In this document: positions 36,510 through 47,158 of the stretch, piece by piece
How the letters are laid out: every line of letters begins with the position of its first letter
Numbering within the stretch: the first letter of the stretch is position 1
Source of the DNA: Raillietiella orientalis
Taxonomy: Eukaryota
Assembly: GCA_036172245.1 (NCBI GenBank)
Contig: JAYWIR010000048.1
Location: 1 to 64,000, forward strand
DNA length: 64,000 bases
Direction of reading: 5' to 3'
Translations under genes and position numbers: made by a program
The notes under the pieces: model-generated
What the model was told of the DNA's origin: nothing
The model's input: only the letters and a program-made list of their open reading frames with translations
Databases searched by the model: none

Positions 36510-38545
36510 CAGTCAACCCCCCGCGATCGTTTCGATCTCCTGGACGTCTGCCGCAGAGATCACGTGGATCTTCTGCAGCAGGGCCAGGTCGAACTCACGC
36601 AAGGTGTAGGCCGTATCTCGTCTGTTGCCGTCGTTGCGCAGCCCGTTGACGTTCAAACTGGCCACGCGGATTCGACGGTGACAGGCGAGCCCAGGTGTTA
36701 TTCCTGGGAGATCGGCTCTGCGGCGTCCGCCACCTGTTGGGGCGGGACGCAAGGTGGAGGAGGAGGGGGACAGGTGCTGAAGGCACCTGGTCCTCCTCCT
36801 CCATGGGTACCGTAGCGTCGCGCGGCTCCCTCTCCGGTGGGGTCGCGCCTACCTGTTGGCCCTCCTCCATAGGGGTGGGCTGTTCAGGGTCCGCGACGGC
36901 AAGGGGGACTTCGCCCCCTGCTCACCCTCCGCCATGGAGGTGGCCGACTCGACGACTTCCGCGCGTGGGAGTTCCCCCTCCGGGATTTTCACGCTGCCGT
37001 CGGCTTCCTGCTTCTCCTCCTCGCTCGTGGAAGGGAGGCGCCTCCTAGGCTTTTGGGAATTGAGTCCCGTCTTCCGGGCAGGTGCCTCCGACGAGGAGGA
37101 TGCACTTCCGGCCCCCAGGTCGCACTCACCTGCGGGGGTTTTTTTCGCGGGAGCCGGCCTTCGCACGGCCTTGTGTGAGGGGTTCTCACGCTCGGCCAGC
37201 GTGGCCGCGAGCTCCTCCGCCGCCTGCGCGAACGCGGCGTCCTTGGCTTCGACCGTCACTATGTCGCGCGGCTCACCCTCTGTGCAAACAGATGGTTCGC
37301 CGTCGCGAACCTCTGGCGCGGCGGAAACGGCGAGGGGAGGCTCGTCGCCCCGGGTGGCAGCCTCGGGAACGCTGATGCGCTCCAGTGCTACCGAGCACTC
37401 GCGTATATTTTTCGAGCGCGGCCCAGGTTTTTTCGCCTTTTTGGCCGGCTTTGCCACCGCTTTCTCTGGTGAACGCTTTTTCGGTTCTTTTTTGGCCTTA
37501 ACCAGCGTCCATCTCTCTTCCTCTCCTGCGTCTTCCGCGGGTTTTTCCTCCGACGCCTGGGTGGGAGGAACAGGAGATGGCGGCTGGGGCCGGCCAGTAT
37601 CGCGCGCTGGTCTTTCCCTTAGCTTTTCTTGTTTGCCCTGTGCCTTTTTGGCCTCAAGGGGAACCGGGGTGGGGCGTTTCGGGCACACGCGCCGAACGTG
37701 GCCCCGCTCCCCGCACAGGTGGCACTGGATGTTAGGACATAGTCTGCGAACGTGTCCTACGGCATCACTGTAGTTGCAATACCGGGGCTTCCCCACTTAC
37801 TAGAGGTCGACCGTTTCTCTGGCAACCTCCAGTTTGTGGGGGAGGCCACAATCCTCCTTGACGGTGACACGCGCCGCAGCCTGGCCCCCGAAAAGGCTAC
37901 TGTAGCCTTCAAAGATCGTGGGTTTAGGCCACAGCGCATGCACATCGCCGTGTTTTTTCAATTCCCCACTCACCGCAGTGCGAGTCATGCGGTTCGTGAT
38001 TCCGGTTAAATGGACCACAACGGAGCGGTCCATTGTAACCGGATAGATCTTGCGGCCTTCTGCCGTCAGTGGGTTATTTATCAAGCGCTGTGCCAAGGTG
38101 ATGTCTTTGCACACCACCTCGACGCGCTGAACCCCTCTGAGGACGGAGAGGCCGTCAAGATCTTCTTCCCTGACATTCGCTGACTGCAGCGCCCTCGTGA
38201 AGGCACGTGCAGTCTTCCCATCGAACAGGTTGCCTACCTTGTATACAAGCGATGGATTGTACCCGGCGGCCCTGTACGCTGCTTGTTCAGCCAACGTTTC
38301 CGCGCTAGGCGCGGAAACCATGGCGCTCCAGCTCCTCGTCTTGGGCGACGAGGGCGATTCCAAGGCCTTTGATTCTGTGAGTCGTGGGGGGGGCTAGCCT
38401 GCCTCACTCCTACCTCCATCGTGGTGTCCTCTGGCAGCGATGTTATCGGACACCAACGATGTGAAACAGCACACACTTAACCAAAAAAAACCGCTTTCCG
38501 GTACTCGTACGCGGAGCGCCGGAAAAACACGTCCGCTCTCGAGGA
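36510..38545 (-). mobile_element. LINE family B (second subfamily) 5' part: ORF1 with stop/frameshift, EN start
   Basis: 5' motif 38522-38536; ORFs 37800-38363, 36849-37796, 36513-36752. Confidence 0.88.
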
Positions 38546-38558
38546 GAGGGAGTTGGGG

Positions 38559-41500
38559 TCATCACTCGGGTACGCCCGGGGCGTTTATTAATGAACTCTG
38601 CATGCGTGTTACAAGGCCCCACCACGGCCGTAAACACAGGACTTGTCGGGACAACGCAGCCCGGCGTGTCACTCTCCGACAGCGAAAGGGGATGAGGGGA
38701 AAAAACCAAAAAGAAAAATAAAGAAATAAAAAAAAAAAAACAGTTTGGAGGGCAGGGTAGGAATCACTGGTCGCTGTGAGGAGGGCCCATCCTTTGAAGG
38801 AAGCCCTCGAGGTCTCTCCGCATATCTCCCAGCTGGGGCCATCCGGCAGCTCTCCGCAAGAAGCGTTGCGCGTATGGGATGACATCCCTCTCGTGTGGAC
38901 CCACTCCTTCGTTGTTGGCGTCGCTCCATGCCGCCACGATGCCACGGACGCAGCACAAGGCTGCGATGGCTGCGGCTGGCTGCAGTGCGTCCATCACGAA
39001 GAGGGGCCGAAGAACGTCTCTGGGGGTGCTGCCCGTAGGAAGCCCGAGGGTCGTCCCGAACCATTTCCAAAGGGGTGGGAGGGCAGCGCAATCCACAATA
39101 AGGTGAGGGAGCGACTCCCGCTCCCCGCACCTGGCACACGCAAAATCCACAGCTCCCCTCGTCGAGTGGAAGCGGCGCCCGTTGCAGGGTGGACCCCAGT
39201 GCAACAAAAGCAACGCCGACTCTTGCCACTTAGGAGGCAGGATCCTGGATTCCTTCATCACCGGGGGCCACTTCAGCTCATCTCTGGGGATGGCGACCAG
39301 CTCGCTCATCTTAATAATCCTCGCGGCTGGATGCTCGGTGTCGTGGCGTCTGCCAGTTCTCCTGTTGTCCAGCCGCTTATCAACTTCTGCATTTTATCAA
39401 CATCTGTCTCCTGCTGCATCGAGGGACAAGACTTCTATTGTCCCAAGATGCCGCAGGAGACTTGCCACCTTGGCGTCCGGCTGCTGTGAAGTGCCCTTCT
39501 CAGGAAGGGCAGCGCCGTAGCTAGGACGGTCGTCTCCGCCCACATGCATCTTGCTGAACTCTCCAAGAGATTCCGCAGCGTGCAACGGGCGTAAGAACCG
39601 CATCGGAGACGATTCCACGTCTCGTGGCTTCTCTGGTTGACCACTGCCCACGTTCCAATATTCTCCTCCAGCCAGGCGGGGGAGTTGGCGGGGCAGCAAA
39701 CCATCCAGCTGTTCTCCTTGGCCAATGTCGCCATGCGCCCGAGCAGTAGGCCGCATCTTCGCATCTTCCGGCCAGGGCTTAGAAGAAAAGATGCGAGTCC
39801 ATCGCTCCGGGACACACAGCTGGCCAAGAGGCGGGCCGGAGTGCACCAAGGGGTGCTCCACATCTTCGCTGCGATGGCGAGAGTTCGCCACCGCAGCTGC
39901 TTCTCCACGCGCTCCAGCGTCAGGAGGCCAAGACCGCCGTCCCGACGCGGAGTGCACAAGTCCTTCAGAGGTTCTCGGGGCCTCCCCTTGCCCAAAAGGG
40001 CGATATGGAGGAGGTCCTTCGTCCTCTTCTTCGATTCCACGGTGGGGGGGCAAACAAAAACCAAGGGACGGAGGATAGGGGCCGCAAAAGCGTTCCAAAC
40101 CGCGGTCCGTTCCGGAGAGTGAAACTTGCCTTCCAGGAACGGGCCGATCGCCGTCTCGACTTTTCAGAGGCAGCTGGACCACGCTTCCGCAGGGGAGTAG
40201 TTCCCCAACGGCACACCAAGGTACTTGAAGCACCTCGCCCTGGGGATCCCCAGACGGACCCAGTCCTGCTGCCCTGTCCACGCCGCACCTATTGGCACCA
40301 CCGACGACTTCGCCCTGTTAACCTGCAGTCCGGTTCCGCTGACGAGCAGATCGAAGAAGTCTCCGACCGCCTTTGCCGGGGTGGACATTGCCAACAAAAG
40401 CAGAAGATCGTCGGCGTATGCTGCTACGGCGGCCGTGCCGGGTCACGAGCTCGGCATGGAAGCCAGAGTCACCCTGCACGCTCTCAGCACCAACTCAAAG
40501 TAGGTGCTGAAGAGCAGGAGGCTGAGGCTATCTCCCTGCCTTATGCCCCGCAGCACCGGCACGCCATACACCTTCTGACTGCTGAAAGAGACGGTAATTA
40601 TCGCATTTCGCCAGCAACAGCGCAGGGAGGAAATCAGGGAGAGTTGGAAGCCCATGCGACCCAGGAGCTCCAAGAGAAGTTCCTGGTCTACACAGTCGAA
40701 CGCCTTGTGGAGATCGACTGCGAGCGCTAGGGCCCCCTTCCCCGCCCGGGGTTCCCTTCTTAGCCCGGCTGGCGGCCCCAATGTGGGGTTGCCGACTTTC
40801 CCTATCCCTTTCTTCTCTCTTCTCTGCAGGTGCACCCATGTGCTTGCGAAGAAGAGGTTGGCATCCATACTTCGCCCGGGAACAGCATAAGTCTGCTCCG
40901 GGCTAATTACGGATTCTGCCACCTGCTTCAGACGCGAAGCCCATAGCCCTGCTATTAACTTGGCGTCCGTATTCACGATCGTGATCGGACGCCAGTTTTT
41001 TAAGTCTCTGAGGTCTCCCCCTTCCGGAAAAAGCCTCTCTCTGGCTGACCGAAACGAGGCGGGAACATCGCCTTCATCTCGGATAAGCCTTATAGACTCA
41101 AGCAACAGGGGTGCCAGCTCTTCCGCGAAGCTCTGAAAGAACTCCGCGGGCAAGCCATCTTCCCCTGGAGCTTTACGCGTCTTGAGCCTTTTGATACCGG
41201 CAAGAATTTCGCCGGTGGTAAAAGGCTCGTCGAGGCTTTCCATCTCCTCCTTTTCTATTGCCGGGGCGCCATCCGGAAGCAAGCGCCGAGAGGCGTCTCG
41301 ATTTGGGGGCTCTCTGGCGTAAAGGGAGGAATGAAAACTCCGCACGAGATGCCGTACCGACGCCGGGGACGAACATTCCTGGCCCTGGTCGTCCAGCAAG
41401 CTGGCCGACCCGCATTGTCAGGCTTGGCGTTCGGCCCCGGCTCAACACTCGGCCAGGCGACGGACATTAGGGGTTCTTTCGTACCTACGGACCTGTAAAT

Positions 41501-41620
41501 AGGTCCGATGGTTGCAAGGACCCTCTCCAAATCCGAGGGGCAGGCGGTCCTGGGGGAACTGCTCGCAGAACTCCCGGACCGAGGCCTCAAAACGGTCCCA
41601 ATCCGCAAGACTCTGGAGCG
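38559..41620 (-). mobile_element. LINE ORF2 3' two-thirds + terminus (attributed to family B), decayed
   Basis: KAPGEDG, DLHKAFD, RQGD, YADD, KYLG, CARCGERESLPHLIVDC; terminus 38559-38589. Confidence 0.88.
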
Positions 41621-42949
41621 TCGAGCGGACGTGTCTTTTCGCTGCCCCTGAGTTTCATTTCCGTTGGTGCTTGTGCGTGGTGTGGGTGAAGGATTAGGCA
41701 GCAATGCCTGATACCACCATCGGTGAGGATCCGGGGGCGATGACCTCATTGCCCCCGGAGGAGATGGAGGTGGGGGCTCCCGCATCAGTGGAGGCTCCCG
41801 CCAGCACGGATGCGCCCCCGGCCCTACCCAGGGCTTGGAACGCCGTGGCTGCGGCACCTACGGCAGCGGCTATGACGAAAATGCGCGCTTACCTGGAGAA
41901 GGGGTATAACCCACCCCTTCTATATAAGGTAGACGGTCTTTATTCTCCTGAGAACGCGCGCGCCTTCTCTCAGGCGATGCGCGTTCTCGGCGTACAAAAA
42001 GAGAAGCTTCTGGCTATGTCCGTCAGAAGCGGGGGTCAATTTGTGGAAGTTATCTGCAAAGAGGCAACTCTTGCGCAGAGACTTTTGCGAACCCCCGTAG
42101 TTATGGGCAGCCGGAGGCTTCTCCCAATTACTGAAGACCGGTCGGTGATCATTCACCTGACCGGTATCGCGTTCCGGATGACGAAGGAGGCCGTCCGGAA
42201 CGAATTAGAAAAATTCGCAACTGTCCACGCGCTGTGGGGAAAGCCTACTCCTTTTGTCGATTACGACGGGGTGCTTGGCAGCCTGGGTGCAGCGCGAGTG
42301 ACGGTTCGCGAAGGGTGTGAGTTTCCCCACAAACTGACCGTTAACGGTAAATCCGTTGACGTGTGGTGCGTTGGGAAACCCAAGTTCTGCGGCTGCTGCA
42401 GCAGCTTTGGTCACCTTAAAATGAGGTGTCCGAGCGTGCAGTGCCAGCAATGCAAACAAGCGGGGCACACCGGTCTGGTGTGCCCGCAAAAAACGCGAGA
42501 GAGCGCGCGGCTAAAAAGAAGAATAAGCTGGCAGCTCGTGCTGCTGCTAAGGAGGTCACTTCCGCCACCAAGGCGAAGGCCAGCCCTGAGACCCCGGCGA
42601 AAAACGCCGAAAAGGTCGAGGGCGAGGATCAAGAGCCAGGGTGGCAGAAGGTCGATCCCAAGAAAAACTCCCATAAGAAGGGAAAGAACGTGGCGAAACG
42701 GAGCGAAACCGCTCCGCGCCGCGAAAAAACCAAAACCTGCTCGTCGTCGTAGAGCGGATTCCCGCCATCGACAAATGCGGCGCTAGAAAACTCGCTGCTG
42801 CCCCTGCTCAACCCTCCGTTGACAAAGTCAACAAGGAGGGGAGCGAGGCGGCGGCGTCCGTCATCGAGCCCAAGCTCGATGACGTCGTCTTCGAGCGCGC
42901 CGCGGAGGAACTGGCTGTCATGTTGTAGCCCACCGCCCCCAGGTCCAGT
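41621..42949 (+). mobile_element. LINE family A-type 5' part (ORF1 41704-, frameshifted)
   Basis: 5' motif gcggacgtgtcttttc 41625-41640; CGCCSSFGHLKMRC, CQQCKQAGHTGLVC; FERAAEELA at ~42890. Confidence 0.85.
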
Positions 42950-43597
42950 TAGAGGACGTGTTTTTCCTTCACTCCTCAAAGAGTAGTAGGAAAGCGCTTT
43001 CTTGTGTGTGGTTTTTTTTTGTACATCGTTGGTGTCCAATGGCCACGATGCCAGAGGGCACCGCAATGGAGGTAGGAGTGGTGGAGGCTAGTTCGCCCCC
43101 ACAGCCTACTGGAGCAGGGGCAGCCGCCCCGGAATCATCCCTGGCCACGCCGAGGACATCGAGCGCTATGGTGGCCGCGCCCAGCGCAGAAGCCATGGCG
43201 GAGATGGCCGCATACAAGGCCTCCGGGTACAAGCCATCGCTTGTCTACCAGGTAGACAACTTGTTCGACGGCCGCACAGCGCGCGCCTTCAGTAAAGCGT
43301 TGAAAGACGCGAACGTAACGGAGAAGGATCTGGACGGCCTCTCCGTCCTCAGCGGCGGGCAGCGGGTCGAAGTGGTCTGCAAAGACGTCACCTTGGCTCA
43401 CCGTTTAATCCATGTGCCGCTGAACGTAGACGGCCTCAAGATCCTGCCAGTGTCAATGGACAGCTCCGTGGTGGTCCACATGACTGGCATCACCAACCGC
43501 ATGACTCGGTAAGCGGTTGGTGAAGAACTGCGAAAGTACGGTGAGGTGCACGCAATGTTGCCGAAACCCACCATTTTCGACGGCTTCGATAGCCCCT
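42950..43597 (+). mobile_element. LINE family B 5' fragment
   Basis: 5' motif 42954-42966; ORF1 N-terminus very similar to 34153-33600. Confidence 0.88.
42954..42966 (+). promoter_or_regulatory. Conserved 5'-terminal motif GGACGTGTTTTTC, putative internal promoter (representative of 11 sites)
   Basis: Lies within ~5-30 nt of the inferred 5' end of families A, B, B', D and E; function is inferred. Confidence 0.6.
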
Positions 43598-45326
43598 CTT
43601 CCTGTTGACCCTCCTCTATGGAGGCGGGCTGTCCAGGGTCGGCGACTGCAGGGGGAACTTCACCCCCCTGCTCACCCTCCTCCATGGGGTTTGCCGGCTC
43701 GACGGCTTTCGAGCGTGGGAATTCCTCCTCCGATGTTCCCACGCTGGCGACGGCTTCCGTCTTCTCCTCTTCGCTGGTGGAGGGGAGGTGCCTCCTGGGC
43801 TTCTGGGACTTGCGTCCCGATTTCCTGGGGGGTGCCTCCGAGGAGGAGGATGTACTTCCGGCCCCCAGGTCCAACTCACCTGTTGGGGTCTTTTTCGCCG
43901 GAGCCGGCCTTCGCACGGCCTTGCGTGAGGGGTTCTCACGCTCGGCCAGCGTGGCCGCGAGCTCCTCCGCCGCCTGCGCGAACGCGGCGTCCTCGGCTTC
44001 GACCGGCGCGTCGCGCCGCTCACCCTCTATGTAAACAGAGGGTTCGCCGGCGCGCACCTCGGGCGCGGCGAAAACGGCGAGGGGAGGCTCGTCGCCCTGG
44101 GTGGCAGCCTCGGGAACGCTGACCAGCTCCAGTGCTACCGTGCACTCGCGGACGGTTTTTGAGAGCGGTCCGGGTTTTTTCGCCTTCCCGGCCGTCCTTT
44201 TTTCCGCCTTTTTCTCCTTTCTCTCTTGAGGCCCTTTTTTGGGCTCTTTCCTGGCCTTAACCAGCTTCCATCCCTCCTCCATTCCTGCGTCCTCTAGAGT
44301 TTTTTTCCTCCGATGCCTGTTTGGTAGGAAGAGGAGATGGCGGCTGGGGCCTGCCAGTTTCACGTTGCGGTCTTTCGATCCTCTTGGCTTTCTTTGCCTG
44401 CGCTTTTTTGGCAGCGGGCGGCACCGGGATGGGCGTTTAGGGCACACACGACGAACGTGTCCCTTAACCCCGCACAAGTGGCACACAATATTCGGTCACC
44501 GCTTGCGCAAGTGTCCTACTGCATTGCAGGAGCCACAAAAGCGGGTTTCCCCACGTACCAGAGGTCTACGACATCGTTATTGACCTCTAATTTGTGGGGT
44601 AAGCCACCACCCTCTTTGACGGTTACACGCGCTGCAGCCTGGCCACCGGAAAGACCATTATAGCCTTCGAAAATCGTTGCCTTCGGCCACAACGCGTGCA
44701 CTTCTGCATGCTTTTCTAACTCATTACCAACCGCTGACCGCGTCAAGCGGCTGGTTATTTTCCGTGAGATAGACCACTACAGAGCGGTCCATCGTCACCG
44801 GCAAGATCTTGCGACTATCCACGTTCAGCGGGTCGATGATCAGGTGTTAAGCCAAGGTGATATCTTTACATACCACCTCGACCCGCTGACCGCCGCTGTG
44901 GACGGAGAGTTCGTCAAGATCTTCCTCCAATATGTTGTCAGACCGCAGTGCCTTCGTCAAGGCACGTGCAGTCTTGCCATCGAACAGATTGCCTACCTGA
45001 TAGACAAGCGATGGCTTGTATCCGGCGGCCCTGTAAGCGGCTTGTTCATCCAGAGTTGCCGCGCTAGGCGCGGCAACCATGGCGCTCCAGCTCGTCGCCT
45101 TGGGCGGCGAGGGTGATTCCGGGGCGGACGCCCCTGACTCTGTAGGCTGTGGAGGTGGACAAGCCTCCCCCACACCTACCTCCATCGTGGTGTTCTCAGG
45201 CAAGGTTGCCATCGGACACCAACGATGTGCAGTATGCACCACACACAATAGAAATCCGCTTCCTACGACTCACGCAAGAGCGAAAGAAAAACACGTCCGC
45301 CCGGCGGCGGAAGGGAGAGGCAATGT
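43598..45326 (-). mobile_element. LINE family B 5' end + ORF1, decayed, truncated in the PMEEG repeats
   Basis: 5' motif 45286-45300; ORFs 44847-45248, 44516-44746, 43398-44486. Confidence 0.85.
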
Positions 45327-47158
45327 CCTACCTGATCCCCCTCCTCCATGGGGGTGGCCAGCTGCTCGATAGCGGAGGGTGGGAAAATCGCTCCCTCCGT
45401 TCCCACGCTGCCGGATTCCCCCTCGGCTGATGGTGCGTCCCCCTCCTTCTTTGTCGGGATGCGCCTCTCTGGATTTTTGGACTTCCGCCCAGTCTTCTTC
45501 GGTGGCGCCTCCGCGGAGGAGGACGCACTTCCGGCATCCGGTTCGTGGTCACCTGTCGGAGGTGCCTTGCTCGCGGCCGGCCTTCGCAAGTCCTTTCGGG
45601 CGCCGTTCTCACGTTCCGCGAGTTCGGCCGCGAGCTCTTCCGCCGCCTGTTGGAAGGCGGCGTCCTCGATTACGGCGAGCGCGTCGCTCGGCTCTGCCTC
45701 TGTTTGCACAGAGGGTTTGCCTTCCGCGATCGCGGCTTCGGCGTCAACGAGGCGGGGGATATCTCACCCAGTGGAGGTCTCGGGGATCTCCACTCGCTCC
45801 AAAGCGACCGAACATTCGCGGAGCAAAGCGCGGCGTTGCCTTCTATTTAAAGAAGTTGTCGCAGGTTCCGCTGTCGGTTCTCCGGTTTTTCGAATTTTTT
45901 TACTTTTCGGCTTTGCTGTCCGCCAGTCCTCGTTGTCACCAGTGTCGTCGGGAGTTTTCTCGACCGCCGTTTGCTGGGAGCATTCGGACTCTGTCTTTTT
46001 GCTTCGCCTTTCCTTTGCTTCTGTGGGCTTGCTTGTTTTCTCCAAGCGTTTCCCTTTACCTTTTTTCAAGGCAGAAGGCGCTGGAGGTTCCCGCTTTGGG
46101 CACACTTTCCGGAGGTGGCCCTTCTCTCCGCAGTGGAAACACTGGATGTGAGGGCACCGTTTTTTCAGGTGCCCTGTTGTATCACAGTGCCCACAGTACT
46201 TGGGCTTGCCCACGTACCAGACATCGACGACCTCGTTGCCGACGTCGAGTTTGTGGGGCAGCCCACCGTTTTCGTGGACCGTCACACGCGCTGCAATCAT
46301 GCCACTGAACAGTCTTCCGTATGTTTGGAAGACGTTGGGCTTGGTCCAGAGCGCGTGCACCGTACCATGTTTTTGCAACTCTTCCTGCACGCCAGCTTTG
46401 GTCATGCGAAGAGTTACACCGGTTAGGTTTGCAACAATGGAGCGATCCTCGGTTACCGGGAAGACCTTTCGGCCTTCCAGTGTGATGGGAGTGTTCAGCA
46501 GGCGCTGAGCCAGGCTTGCATCTTTGCAAGTCAGCTCCACCCGCTGGCCTTCACTCATCACGAAGAGACCTTCCAGGTCTTCCTCATTCCCATTCAACCG
46601 CTGTAACTCTCTCTCAAAGTTACGAGCGGTGTTCCCCACAAGAAGGTTGCCTACCTTATAAATCAAGGATGGTTTATACCCTTGATCCCGGTAGGCACAC
46701 TGTTCGGCAATGGCTTCAGGAGATGGTGCTGCAGCCACTGCGCTCCAGGTTTCCGTCGTTGCCGAGGAAGGATCCAAGGATGCGGTTGCCCCCTTTTTCA
46801 AGGGGAGGGTTGCTCCTTTTTCCGGGGTGGCGTTTGTCCCCATTTTCAAGGGGAAGGTTGCACCCTTTTGCACGGGGGCAGTTGCTCCCTTTTTCAAGGG
46901 GATGGTAGCCCTCGTTTCCGACGGGACGGTTGCCCCCTTTCCCAAGGGGGAGGTTGCTTTCGTCTCCGTGGGGACCGTTGCCCCCACCTCTATGGGTTGG
47001 GGAGAGGAACAAGCCTCTCCCCCTCCGATCTCCATTGCGGTGTCCTCAGGCATTTCTGCCATTGGACACCGCAGATGCACAACACACAAACACTAACGCA
47101 ACGGAAGCCTTTACAACAGGCGCAGAGGACCGCGGAAAAAACACGTCTGCACGCCCAT
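45327..47158 (-). mobile_element. LINE family B-related (B') 5' end + ORF1
   Basis: 5' motif 47135-47150; ORF 45764-47089 (CGHCDTTGHLKKRC, CFHCGEKGHLRKVC) plus 45263-45709. Confidence 0.87.
46783..46990 (-). repeat. 24-bp (8-aa) tandem repeat KGATxPLK, ~9 units, in B' ORF1
   Basis: KGATVPSE TRATIPLK KGATAPVQ KGATFPLK MGTNATPE KGATLPLK KGATAS. Confidence 0.85.

Noticed and set aside
46783..46990. CRISPR-like short periodic repeats
   Set aside because: These are contiguous degenerate coding repeats with no unique spacers and no cas genes.
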